Shown here: piece by piece, positions 1 to 8,943 of the stretch
Layout of the letters: each line of letters starts with the position of its first letter
Numbering within the stretch: the stretch's first letter is position 1
DNA from: Candidatus Poribacteria bacterium
GTDB taxonomy: Bacteria > Poribacteria > WGA-4E > WGA-3G
Assembly (NCBI GenBank): GCA_963665235.2
Contig: CAXXLX010000001.1
Span: 1,440,001-1,504,000, forward strand
DNA: 64,000 bases
Direction: 5' to 3'
The notes under the pieces: generated by a model
Database searches by the model: none
Told to the model about the DNA's origin: nothing
Seen by the model: the letters and a program-made list of their open reading frames with translations, nothing else
Program-made: the position numbers and the translations under genes

Positions 1-1621
1 TGTCCTGCACGCGTAATGCTGTAGTTGTCCGGTTATAGGTGGTAAAATAGTTTGTGTCCTCGGCGCGGGAATAGTCGCCGTGTTCCCCAGTTCCGAAAAC
101 ATCAATAATGATAACCTTCCGGTCCATCTGAAGCAGGTCGGTGATGAGCGGCGACGGTTCGCCTGTCTCTATATCGATGAGCTTCGCTTTGCCTTCAGGA
201 TGCACAATGACGACTACCGGGTCATGTCCTACCAGCGGTTCTGGACGAAAAAGGATAGCGGGGATAGCGTCTCCGATACCCTGCCTGCCGATGACGAGGT
301 GTCGCGCAGAGAAGTTGGCATGGTAGGTCGTTGGAAACGCACCTTCGGGTTCAATAAGCGTAAATCCGCTGCTGTCTGGCAGATGCAATCCGAGTGAATG
401 TTGCAACGCAGCTCCCATCTCCGCCTTAAACTGCTGATGTTCAGTTTGATTTGTCGGTTGACGTTTTTCAATCGCTTCTTGCGAACGTTTTTTCCAAGCA
501 GGCAGAATTTCTGCCTGTTTCAGCGCGTGTTTCGGCAAGGCACGCTCAGAGAAAACCAACAGTGCCTCATCCGATTCCATCTGATACGGCACCTCTTTGA
601 ACGTAGACGTATCTGCAGCGTCCAGCAACCATTTTGCGAACCATGCATAGACCGCCTCACGACTCTCTTTATTGTAGTTATGCTCAGCGTCTACTTGCAC
701 CTGATGGATTTTGTCTTCTGCACCAAAATGGGCATAGATGCTTTTGATAGCGGGGTATTCAACTGTCGGTGTCTTTGCTGTCCAATCCCCCGTGCAAGAC
801 ACAAGCAGGAGCGGACGCGGTGCCATCAATGCCCCAATTTCGAGATTGCTGGCATCCAACCGCAAATTCGGGGCGTTTTCGCAGAGACATCCGCCTTGCA
901 TCGTCGCGGAAATCATATTGACAGGGGCAGAAACCTTGATACGTTCATCTACAGCTGTCAAAATAAAGGTTTGTGTGCCACCGCCCGATGCACCTGTGCA
1001 ACCGATATGCTCCTTGTCAACATCCGGTAAACTTTGTAGAAAATCGATGGCGCGAATGCCATTCTGAAGTTGTAACCCCATTGCACTCAAACCCCAGAGC
1101 CCTTCATGGGTACCACCGAAACGGTGCTCAAGCTGTTTACCGCTATCGTTGTAGCCTATCATATCGTAGGCAAAGATAACGTACCCCTGCTTGGCAAAAT
1201 TGATGCCCCGGGCGGGGATTGAACCGCGTTCAATATCCTCTAATCGGCCGCGTCCCCAATGTCCATGCGGACTGACAATACCCGGAAATGGTCCTGTTTT
1301 TCCCCGGGGACGATAAAGATTTCCAGTTGTGAAAAAACCGGGAAAAGATTCAAAAAACACCTTTTCAATGCTATAATCTTCACGTTCAATTTTGCCAAAG
1401 ATTTGGGCGTTAAGCGGTGTCGGTTCGTGTGTCGGTACTAAACCGTTGGCAACGCGAATCTGTTGACGTAAAGTTTCAGCTTTTTCGGTCCACGTCGCTT
1501 TAGTATAGTTTGGAAAAATATAAGGTGTGTTGAGGTCGCGTGTGTCAGTCCCGCGTGTGTCATTCACAGTCTGCGATGGGTCCGTAAAAACATGAGCGAG
1601 TTCGTGGTGTTGTTCAGCCAT
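1..1621 (-). CDS. Alpha/beta-hydrolase, acetylxylan esterase-like; runs off the window edge
   Basis: Manual minus-strand translation from ATG at 1621 (MAEQHHEL...): EKVFFESFPGFFTTGNLYRP, SPHGHW, nucleophile elbow GCTGASGGG, TGDWT, EHNYN. Missing from the ORF track because it has no stop in the window. Confidence 0.8.
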   Translation of the reverse strand, partial: MAEQHHELAHVFTDPSQTVNDTRGTDTRDLNTPYIFPNYTKATWTEKAETLRQQIRVANGLVPTHEPTPLNAQIFGKIEREDYSIEKVFFESFPGFFTTGNLYRPRGKTGPFPGIVSPHGHWGRGRLEDIERGSIPARGINFAKQGYVIFAYDMIGYNDSGKQLEHRFGGTHEGLWGLSAMGLQLQNGIRAIDFLQSLPDVDKEHIGCTGASGGGTQTFILTAVDERIKVSAPVNMISATMQGGCLCENAPNLRLDASNLEIGALMAPRPLLLVSCTGDWTAKTPTVEYPAIKSIYAHFGAEDKIHQVQVDAEHNYNKESREAVYAWFAKWLLDAADTSTFKEVPYQMESDEALLVFSERALPKHALKQAEILPAWKKRSQEAIEKRQPTNQTEHQQFKAEMGAALQHSLGLHLPDSSGFTLIEPEGAFPTTYHANFSARHLVIGRQGIGDAIPAILFRPEPLVGHDPVVVIVHPEGKAKLIDIETGEPSPLITDLLQMDRKVIIIDVFGTGEHGDYSRAEDTNYFTTYNRTTTALRVQD

Positions 1622-2294
1622 TATTTATTTCCTCCAAATGTTTTGTAACGATAAACTTCAGCAGTTTGACGATCTGTTCTGCATCCCATATTCCGTTGTA
1701 TACCGGCGAAAATTCGAGTGTGAACATTGGTTTTTCCGTTTCAATGTCGCTGACAACCCCACGCACAAATGCCCAGCTGTCGTTGACGGTATAACATCCA
1801 AAAATTTCCTGTTCTGTTGCGGAGTCGGGGTTGGCATTCCTTTTCCAAGTGAGCCATGCGGCGGCGAGCATTTCACCGTAGAGTTGAAATTGGGGTTCGG
1901 GTGCCTGAATTCCGCGTTTCGCTTCATGCACAATCAAATAAGGTGGACGAATCTGCCCACCGAGGGAAGGGGCAAGCGCACCATCTGCCTCACCCTCCAA
2001 TTCAAACGTCGGATAGGTAGCTTTGAGCGGTACGCTGCTCCATGCTTGAATATGTTCACGTTCAGCAAGCACTAATAAGGGATAAATTGCGCGAGCCCAA
2101 AGGGTAGCTTCATTCATAGTCAGTAGGTGACGATGGCGCAGAGTTGATTTAAGGTCTTCAAGTCGTCTGCACTCGTCTTCAGTGAGGGCCACCTGCATTT
2201 TTTCCCATTCCGCTGGTGGGATGTACTTCTCGTTCAGTGTCACGAGGGTCTCAACCGTTTCTTCCGTGAGTTGTGAAAATATATATGTATCCAT
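1614..2294 (-). CDS. Hypothetical protein, possible PD-(D/E)XK-like fold
   Basis: 226-aa ORF with GEADG...HEAKRG and QLYGEMLAA motifs; stop overlaps the start of the downstream hydrolase. Confidence 0.55.
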   Translation of the reverse strand: MDTYIFSQLTEETVETLVTLNEKYIPPAEWEKMQVALTEDECRRLEDLKSTLRHRHLLTMNEATLWARAIYPLLVLAEREHIQAWSSVPLKATYPTFELEGEADGALAPSLGGQIRPPYLIVHEAKRGIQAPEPQFQLYGEMLAAAWLTWKRNANPDSATEQEIFGCYTVNDSWAFVRGVVSDIETEKPMFTLEFSPVYNGIWDAEQIVKLLKFIVTKHLEEINNG

Positions 2295-2440
2295 CGTTCA
2301 AAACCTCTGTCGAATGTAGGTTAACCGACTGCGTCTATAGCCCAATAGCCACTCTTATGCAAAACAATCTCAGGGGGTGCGATGGATACGATTATACCCA
2401 CGCCAGTCATCAAAATCTTCGGTGTGGAGACCCCGTTGCT

Positions 2441-3520
2441 TTAGCACGGGGAGGAAACACCGCTCCTATATTGAAAGTTCAAGCGTGTGAGGACTTGAAA
2501 ATCTGTGCGTTTCGCACCCGTTGTGAGGCGTTGACCTTCTAAGCTATAGATAGAAAACACCCCTTTCGCATTAATACCCGTAATAGGATGTCCTCGGTGG
2601 GACCTCGGACGTGTGATACCGTGTTTGCCGTGCTTTATCAGCGTGTTTTTCACAAGTCCTTCGCCTAACACAGTTCCGCCATATCTTGACCGCATTCCGC
2701 CCTTTGCAGGTTGTTCTCGGTGCAAGTTCCGCCTTGCTACGGGTATCGGGGATATGCAAAAAACGGATGTATTGTCGGGTTTCAGTGCCATGGCTTTCTT
2801 TGTGTTGCCATTGACAACCGAATGTGCCATCACCCAACTATCAACACAATGTGCATAGAAGTCATCAGAGAGTTTGTCTTGGCTCTTCTCTAATCCTAAT
2901 GCCTTCCTCCGCGCGGAAGTCCACCTGCCTTTATAGCAAAACACATTTCCAACGCCATAGCGTGCTATCAACTCAGAGACAAACCAGCGTTTACCGACTT
3001 CTAACGGGCTAAAAGATGTGTTCCATCGCTTCTTACCCGGTTTTGTTCTTGCCTTGATGTCCTCCACACAGATTTTTTTGACAGGATACAAGTCAGACAA
3101 CCAATCCAGGATGCGGAGTTTCCAATCCCAACGGGCACGCGTGCCTGCGGGGAGTTTCTGTCTGTTGGCACCTTTGTTGGTGCGGTTCTTGCGGTTGGGA
3201 CACTTCCGAGAACGTCTCCCTCGGCGGAGTTCACGTCTTTTCTCAACCTTCTTGCCAACTTTGTTATGTGCATCTGCCTGCACGTTCAGATACGTATGGG
3301 CCTCAGATTTGACAGTAAATCCCTCTTTCTTACTTCCCGGATCCACACCGACAACGATGTCTTGTGTTTCTCTATCACTCGGTTCTTTGTTGAGACGGAC
3401 ACAATAGACACCGTTGTTCCAATAAGGCGTTGCCTCACCGCGTTTGACAAGTTTCCTCGCACGTGCAGCATGCATCGGCATCAGCTGTTGTCCATCCTTT
3501 GTTTTGACTGGCACAAACAT
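2441..3520 (-). CDS. isrB: IsrB RNA-guided nickase (OMEGA; RRXRR/PLMP family, no HNH)
   Basis: 359 aa; QLMP (PLMP) N-terminus, RuvC-I GVDPG, Arg-rich bridge helix RRELRRGRRSRK, RuvC-II VEDI, RuvC-III HCVDS; no CxxC/HNH insert. Confidence 0.85.
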   Translation of the reverse strand: MFVPVKTKDGQQLMPMHAARARKLVKRGEATPYWNNGVYCVRLNKEPSDRETQDIVVGVDPGSKKEGFTVKSEAHTYLNVQADAHNKVGKKVEKRRELRRGRRSRKCPNRKNRTNKGANRQKLPAGTRARWDWKLRILDWLSDLYPVKKICVEDIKARTKPGKKRWNTSFSPLEVGKRWFVSELIARYGVGNVFCYKGRWTSARRKALGLEKSQDKLSDDFYAHCVDSWVMAHSVVNGNTKKAMALKPDNTSVFCISPIPVARRNLHREQPAKGGMRSRYGGTVLGEGLVKNTLIKHGKHGITRPRSHRGHPITGINAKGVFSIYSLEGQRLTTGAKRTDFQVLTRLNFQYRSGVSSPC

Positions 3521-3734
3521 AAGTTTGTTTTCTCCTTTCGGGTATATATGGTTTCCCCATCCAGATCAGGGGTTCGTAGTGGGATCAGACTTGGGGAGCA
3601 TCCGAAACATACTTTAGGCTGCCACGCCCAGAACCCTCGATATATTACTGTAGTCAACAAGTTACCCTTGTCTCTGTGATAGCCTTGGCGGGCATCAAAG
3701 ACAAGCCCCCATGCTTTAGCTGGGGGTTATTGAC
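3521..3734 (-). ncRNA. omegaRNA (HEARO-like) scaffold; guide predicted from the flank ~3735-3755
   Basis: ~210-nt non-coding stretch directly upstream of isrB: starts GTCAATAACCCC, pairs with TTGTTGACTA, and contains GGCGTGGCAGCC and GATGCTCCCCAAGTC segments typical of omegaRNAs. Confidence 0.75.
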
Positions 3735-3785
3735 CCGGACAGACTGTCGCAGTTGGCACAGAAATGCCTTTCGGACACTATGTTC

Positions 3786-4373
3786 TCATTCCACCTTTTT
3801 TCCATCCTTATAGGTTTCACTCGACACCTTCTTACCGTTTTCATCCCATTCTGTCCGCAAACCGTGTAATTTGCCCGCCTTATAGGTTTCACTCGACACC
3901 TTCTTACCGTTTTCATCCCATCTGGTCCACAAACCATCCCTCTTACCGTTTTTGTGAGGACCTTTCGTTATCAGATTCTTACTCTCTAGGTACCATAAGA
4001 TGTAGGTTCCATTCGGCTTTCCATTCTTAAATTGGATAAGCGCGGTTTTCCATGCTCCTACATATTTTGCCCATCCAGTATAAGGCTCTTTTTGCCCAGG
4101 GGCATAATATATCTCTTCCTCTGAAGACGCACGTTCCAGCCGATCTTCGTCTATGGCTTCTTCATCCCAAATCTTCTGGCGAACTTTCGGGTCATCCAAG
4201 TTCGGCTCTCCGCCACAACCGATAAGCAGCGCGGCCGCTAAACAAAAAACTGCAACGAATCTCATTGTTTGCCACACACGAACCATACCCATCCCGGGCC
4301 TGCCAATATTCTCTCTTTTCAACGAAGTCTGTTTAATAACCATTTTTTCCTCCTGAATGAAGATGTTAACCAA
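3786..4373 (-). CDS. MORN-variant repeat lipoprotein (YwqK-like)
   Basis: Lipobox LLIGC; repeats WDENGKKVSSETYK x2, PYTGW, KNGKRDG. The true start may lie downstream of 4373. Confidence 0.75.
   Translation of the reverse strand: MVNIFIQEEKMVIKQTSLKRENIGRPGMGMVRVWQTMRFVAVFCLAAALLIGCGGEPNLDDPKVRQKIWDEEAIDEDRLERASSEEEIYYAPGQKEPYTGWAKYVGAWKTALIQFKNGKPNGTYILWYLESKNLITKGPHKNGKRDGLWTRWDENGKKVSSETYKAGKLHGLRTEWDENGKKVSSETYKDGKKVE
3806..3921. repeat. Exact 44-bp direct repeat (72-bp period) encoding the MORN repeats
   Basis: 3806-3849 = 3878-3921 (ccttataggtttcactcgacaccttcttaccgttttcatcccat). Confidence 0.85.
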
Positions 4374-4631
4374 TTCCGCTTTTCATGCATCTGATGGGTT
4401 TCCTCAATTGATAACATGGGACCGTGAGCCGATTCTCAAAATTCGCTACACCCATGTAGCGATTCATGGTATAATTCAACATGAACAGTGACGATACCAT
4501 CTTAAAGCGGCAAGTTTCGTTTCAATACAGTATAGCAAATTTGACAAAGCTTGTCCAACTTAAAAAATTAATGCAAAATGTTTGCTTTTTTTTGTAATGT
4601 GTGGTATAATATGAAAAAAAGGATGTTATGC

Positions 4632-5912
4632 ATGAAAATTTTGGTTATCGGGCAGGGTGGCCGCGAGCACACGCTTGTCTGGAAAATTGCACAGAGCCCG
4701 CTTGTTGACAAAATCTATTGCGCGCCCGGGAACGCAGGCATCGCCGAAATTGCAGAACGTATCCCGATGGAAACAGGTGTCGCCGACCTCGCTACGTGGG
4801 CTGAAACTGAGAAGATTGCGCTAACAGTTGTCGGTCCTGAAGCTCCGTTAGCGGAAGGAATCGTTGATGTCTTCCACGCGCGCGGTTTAAAAACGTTCGG
4901 TCCCGATAAACGCGCCGCACAACTCGAAGCGAGCAAAGATTTTGCGAAGCAGCTGATGCTGAAAAATGGCATACCGACAGCAGCACACCGCACATTTGTG
5001 GATGCAAATGAAGCGATAGATTACGTCAAAAGCTATAATGCCCCCGTTTTTGTTAAAGCGAACGGGCTGGCCGCTGGAAAAGGTGTTATCCCGGGACGCA
5101 CCGTCGCAGCCGCGACGCAGGCTATTGAAACTGTTTTAGTTAATAGGGCGTTCGGAGATGCAGGCGATAGTGTCCTCATTGAAGAGGAATTGATAGGCGA
5201 AGAAGCCTCGTTTACAGTACTCACCGATGGTCGTCACTGCATACCTTTTGTCAGTTCGCAAGACCACAAGATGTCGCACGATGGGGACACCGGAAAAAAT
5301 ACCGGCGGGATGGGCGCGTACTCACCCGCACCGGTGCTAACCCCTGACCTGCACGACTATGTCATGCAACATGTCGTTTATCCGACTATCAACGGTATGG
5401 CGGCACTCGGCAGTCCGTTTAAGGGTGTTCTCTATGTCGGGTTGATGATGACAGACGCGGGCCCGAAGGTGTTAGAATTCAATTGCCGGTTTGGTGACCC
5501 GGAGACGCAAGTGCTCTTGCCGAGGCTGAAAAGCGATTTAGTGCCGTTGTTAATGGCGTGCGTTGAGGGTACACTCGAACAGCACGCTGAAGTGGAATGG
5601 CACACTGCTGCTGCGGCATGCGTTGTTATGGCTTCCGGAGGGTATCCGAACCCATATCAAACTGGGAAAGTCATCACAGGTTTGTCAGAAGCCTCAGCAA
5701 TTGAAGGCGTTACCGTTTTTCATGCGGGAACAGAACAGGATGGAGACGACGTTGTCACAGCAGGGGGACGCGTGTTGGGCGTTACCGCTGTAGCAGATGG
5801 GCTGGCCGCTGCACTTGTGCAGGCGTATCGGGGAGTCAATGCGATTCATTTTGCCGATGCACACTTTCGACGCGACATCGGTTATCGGGCATTATCGCGG
5901 AATGGCGAATAG
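4632..5912 (+). CDS. purD: Phosphoribosylamine--glycine ligase
   Basis: MKILVIGQGGREH, VGPEAPL, KANGLAAGKGV, NTGGMGAYSP, EFNCRFGDPETQ. Confidence 0.97.
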   Translation: MKILVIGQGGREHTLVWKIAQSPLVDKIYCAPGNAGIAEIAERIPMETGVADLATWAETEKIALTVVGPEAPLAEGIVDVFHARGLKTFGPDKRAAQLEASKDFAKQLMLKNGIPTAAHRTFVDANEAIDYVKSYNAPVFVKANGLAAGKGVIPGRTVAAATQAIETVLVNRAFGDAGDSVLIEEELIGEEASFTVLTDGRHCIPFVSSQDHKMSHDGDTGKNTGGMGAYSPAPVLTPDLHDYVMQHVVYPTINGMAALGSPFKGVLYVGLMMTDAGPKVLEFNCRFGDPETQVLLPRLKSDLVPLLMACVEGTLEQHAEVEWHTAAAACVVMASGGYPNPYQTGKVITGLSEASAIEGVTVFHAGTEQDGDDVVTAGGRVLGVTAVADGLAAALVQAYRGVNAIHFADAHFRRDIGYRALSRNGE

Positions 5913-5996
5913 CGAATGGCAAGAAGTTTCTGATGTTTGTCAGATTTCTGAGAATCATCGCAACCCTACTAATAGCCAATAGCTAATTACAGAAAA

Positions 5997-6500
5997 ATGG
6001 CCACTGAACTAACATATAACATCGCTAAATGCTGTGCGCCGCAGACAGATACCCCAATTATCGGGTATTTCAAGGCGGATGACACCATAGCTGTCCACAG
6101 TTCTGCATGTCAGCAGGTAAACGATTTGCGACCGGAGCGATTGCTGGAGGTGTCCTGGGATGAAATTCAGGCTACCGAACCGCCGGATATCTCAAGTGAG
6201 GTTATCGCGGAAGTAGCCGCATTAGATGAAACGGATTACTTTATCCTGAAACACCATCAAGAACTAGGCATAGACTATTCCATCGTTGTCGCGGAAACCT
6301 TAAGAATTCCATTACAAGAGATGCACCAGCGACACCGGAAATTAAGAACGCTCGGTGGTTTGAAACGGGTTGAAGGCCGTATCATCCACTACCGCAAAAA
6401 TATTGTCAAAGGAAAATGGATTAAACACCGAAACCATACCTATTACGAACTTACTCAAAAAGGCAGCCAATGGATTGATGCCTTGGAAAGCCTTCATTAG
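5997..6500 (+). CDS. RelA/SpoT ZFD(RIS)-like domain fused to a DUF2250-like winged-helix domain
   Basis: N-terminal IAKCCAP...IIGY...IAVHSSAC...RLLEVSW; C-terminal ILKHH...IDYS and KHRNHTYYELT. Confidence 0.65.
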   Translation: MATELTYNIAKCCAPQTDTPIIGYFKADDTIAVHSSACQQVNDLRPERLLEVSWDEIQATEPPDISSEVIAEVAALDETDYFILKHHQELGIDYSIVVAETLRIPLQEMHQRHRKLRTLGGLKRVEGRIIHYRKNIVKGKWIKHRNHTYYELTQKGSQWIDALESLH

Positions 6501-6544
6501 CATGCTGATGGAAGCTTTTACCAATACACTGAAAGGAGCTAAAA

Positions 6545-7726
6545 ATGTTAGATGAAATGACGAATCGGTACGCTGAAGCACAACAGCGCAAAATTCGGAC
6601 CCGTTCCATGATTTTGCTATCGCTTATTCTGCATATGAGCCTAGGGATTGTTTACCTTTTCTTACCTATCAATGCAGTAGACAACGAACAGACAGATGCA
6701 TTTGCTATTGACCTCATTGACAATATGGAACCCCCGCGGAAGCGAATGCATCGACCGAAACCCCCGCTGCGAAAAAAGATGTACGATCCCAGTGAAGAAC
6801 TCGCTAGAGAAGCACAGCGAAAGAAAATCGAAACGGCGAAGAACAAACAGGACGAAGTTGTCAAACTCAGCGAACGTGTTCTTCTGCATGATGTTGAACT
6901 CAACGATGCACCCTTGCGCGATAACCTCCCTTTGATGACGGATGCTAGACTGCGCGAATCCCCCAACTCAATCCTGAGTAAACTCTATTCACAACCTGGA
7001 GAGACTGATGGGAAAGGGCTGGTTACTGGACGCGTTCGTGTCCGCGGCGATGGCATAGGCAAATTCCGAGGCGATTCACAAGACGGCGGCGATAATGGAA
7101 TCCTCGGGGGCGGCGGAAAAGATGGTTATAAAGATGGACTCGGGCTCATCGATTTTCTCAATGAATTTGACGGACCCCAAAATGTCATTTACTGCCTCGA
7201 CGTTTCCGCAAGCATGCAAGCCGCCGGCCTGAACAAATTGGAATTGGCAATTGAATCAATTCAGAATTCTATTCTGATGCTCGGCAGCGATGATATGTTC
7301 AATATCGTTGCGTTCTCCACCCGCGCCAAAGCGATGTCTAACAAAATGCTATCGTCAAACCCCACAAGCATTACGAGTGCTTTAAATTACCTCGAGAACT
7401 TCACACCTGAAAGCATTCAAGGCAACGTAGGCACAAATATCCTCGCTGCACTTGAAACCGCACTGAAGCTCGATTCTTCCGTTATTGTTCTGGTGACAGA
7501 TGGCCTCCCTACCACAGTCAAGGGATATACTATTGAAACGGATACGGAGAAGATTCTCAATACCGTGCGCGAAAGGAACGCTAACCAAGCAAGTATCTAT
7601 GTGGTCGCCCTCGAAATTGATTTGAGACTCTCACCCGGCGCACAATTGCTTGTGTCCCTCACGGAAGAACACAACGGTAAGCTAAAGGTCGTTGACACCG
7701 AAAAACTGATTGAGTTAAAAAAATAA
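6545..7726 (+). CDS. Membrane-anchored VWA-domain protein with TonB-like linker
   Basis: N-terminal TM SLILH, Pro/Lys- and Gly-rich linker, MIDAS DVSASM, GTN, LVTDG. Confidence 0.8.
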   Translation: MLDEMTNRYAEAQQRKIRTRSMILLSLILHMSLGIVYLFLPINAVDNEQTDAFAIDLIDNMEPPRKRMHRPKPPLRKKMYDPSEELAREAQRKKIETAKNKQDEVVKLSERVLLHDVELNDAPLRDNLPLMTDARLRESPNSILSKLYSQPGETDGKGLVTGRVRVRGDGIGKFRGDSQDGGDNGILGGGGKDGYKDGLGLIDFLNEFDGPQNVIYCLDVSASMQAAGLNKLELAIESIQNSILMLGSDDMFNIVAFSTRAKAMSNKMLSSNPTSITSALNYLENFTPESIQGNVGTNILAALETALKLDSSVIVLVTDGLPTTVKGYTIETDTEKILNTVRERNANQASIYVVALEIDLRLSPGAQLLVSLTEEHNGKLKVVDTEKLIELKK

Positions 7727-7749
7727 ACCGCTCCACCGCGGTTTGTTTG
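7724..7749 (+). terminator. Putative intrinsic terminator
   Basis: aaaccgc-tccacc-gcggttt followed by gtttgt, right after the VWA gene stop. Confidence 0.45.
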
Positions 7750-7809
7750 TGAGAGCACTGTACTTTGTAGAGGGAAGTGCAGTGCCTTGCATGTCCTAGG
7801 AAAACGGTT

Positions 7810-8616
7810 ATGAATCAAAAATCGGCTATAGGTGTCATCCATCAATTTCGGTTGGATGGCAAGGTGAGTCTTGTCAGTGGGGCAAGTCGCGGCATTGGGC
7901 TTGCAATGGCGGAGGGACTTGCAGGCGCAGGCTCTGAACTCGTCATTGCTGGCAGGGATATGACAACGCTCAAACCGGTTGCCGAGCGAATTGCTACCGA
8001 AACCGGCAATACCGTGCTGCCTATCCAAGCGGATATCAGCAACCTCGCGGAAATTGACGCACTCGTCACACAAACCGTGGAAACCTTCGGTCGCCTCGAT
8101 GTGCTTGTGAACAATGCCGGGGTCAATGTTCGGAACCCAGCACTAGAATTCACCGAAACAGATTGGGATTTCGTCACAGATGTTAATCTGAAAGGCGCGT
8201 TTTTTCTGGCGAAAGCGTGCGGAAAGGTGATGCAGCAGCAAAAGTCCGGTAAGGTCATCAACACCCTTTCCCTCACATCTGCCATTGGGCTTCCGACAAG
8301 TGTCGCTTACACTGCCGCGAAGGGCGGGCTCATGCAACTCACGAAGCTGCTCGCCGTAGAATGGGCGGAGTATAACATTCAGGTCAACGGCATCGCCCCC
8401 GGCTTCATCCGAACAGAGATGACAGCACCCGCCCGAGAAGATAGCCGAAACGAATGGATTCTCAATCGAACCCCCGCGTATCGATGGGGAGAACCGGACG
8501 ACCTTGCAGGCTTGACGCTTTTTTTCGCATCTAACGCCTCCGACTTTGTCACCGGCCAGATGGTGTTCGTCGATGGCGGATTCATGGCAGGCAGTGACTG
8601 GAGGCGACGTTCTTAA
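7810..8616 (+). CDS. SDR oxidoreductase (gluconate 5-dehydrogenase/KduD-like)
   Basis: SGASRGIG, NNAG, YTAAK, NGIAPGF, VDGG. Confidence 0.9.
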   Translation: MNQKSAIGVIHQFRLDGKVSLVSGASRGIGLAMAEGLAGAGSELVIAGRDMTTLKPVAERIATETGNTVLPIQADISNLAEIDALVTQTVETFGRLDVLVNNAGVNVRNPALEFTETDWDFVTDVNLKGAFFLAKACGKVMQQQKSGKVINTLSLTSAIGLPTSVAYTAAKGGLMQLTKLLAVEWAEYNIQVNGIAPGFIRTEMTAPAREDSRNEWILNRTPAYRWGEPDDLAGLTLFFASNASDFVTGQMVFVDGGFMAGSDWRRRS

Positions 8617-8617
8617 G

Positions 8618-8854
8618 ATGAAAAAAGATGCTGACACGGTGCAAGCCAAAAATCCTGCAGCATTGGTGGAAGTCGGGCAGATCCTACACGAATTCGAGTT
8701 GGACAGCGCTTTGCTCTTTGACCATACCCCTGTTTTACGTATACAGGTTTCGGATGGCCAATTTGAACGTGCCCTTCAGGTGCGAGAAACCTTGGTGGAG
8801 CGGATAAAACCCCTCGGATTCCGCTTCGTTGCACTCGATTTGGATGAATTGTAG
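8618..8854 (+). CDS. Small protein resembling the C-terminal domain of LarE/TIGR00268
   Basis: 78 aa from ATG 8618; LRIQV...RETLVERIKPLGFRFVALDL. Confidence 0.55.
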   Translation: MKKDADTVQAKNPAALVEVGQILHEFELDSALLFDHTPVLRIQVSDGQFERALQVRETLVERIKPLGFRFVALDLDEL

Positions 8855-8943
8855 AACGTGAGAAGCAGGAATAGGTTACCCACTGGTGCACAATAGACAT
8901 ATCATAATAAACCTATGCCACCTTTGAAAGGAGAGATTCAAAA

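Larger units (their letters stand above)
2411..3734 (-). mobile_element. Non-autonomous IS200/IS605-family element carrying isrB and omegaRNA
   Basis: Two related subterminal hairpins on the minus strand: CCCCAGCTAAAGCATGGGG (~3707-3725) and CCCCGTGCTAAAGCAACGGGG (2431-2451). One end begins GTCAATAACCCC at 3734; ATGA follows the other end (2407-2410). No tnpA. Confidence 0.8.

Noticed and set aside
398-1030. 210-aa plus-strand ORF and other short ORFs in 80-1441
   Set aside because: Antisense shadows of the minus-strand hydrolase, which has clear catalytic motifs.
1202-1232. tRNA-like string tgccccgggcggggattgaacc
   Set aside because: Resembles a reversed T-arm/acceptor end, but no cloverleaf follows and it lies in the hydrolase coding frame (RGSIPARGI).
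2441-3520. IscB, Cas9 or TnpB call
   Set aside because: No HNH/CxxC domain between RuvC-II and RuvC-III, no C-terminal zinc ribbon, no CRISPR array; size and PLMP domain fit IsrB.
3806-3921. DGR template/variable repeat pair
   Set aside because: Copies are identical, in frame and explained by MORN repeats; no reverse transcriptase in the window.
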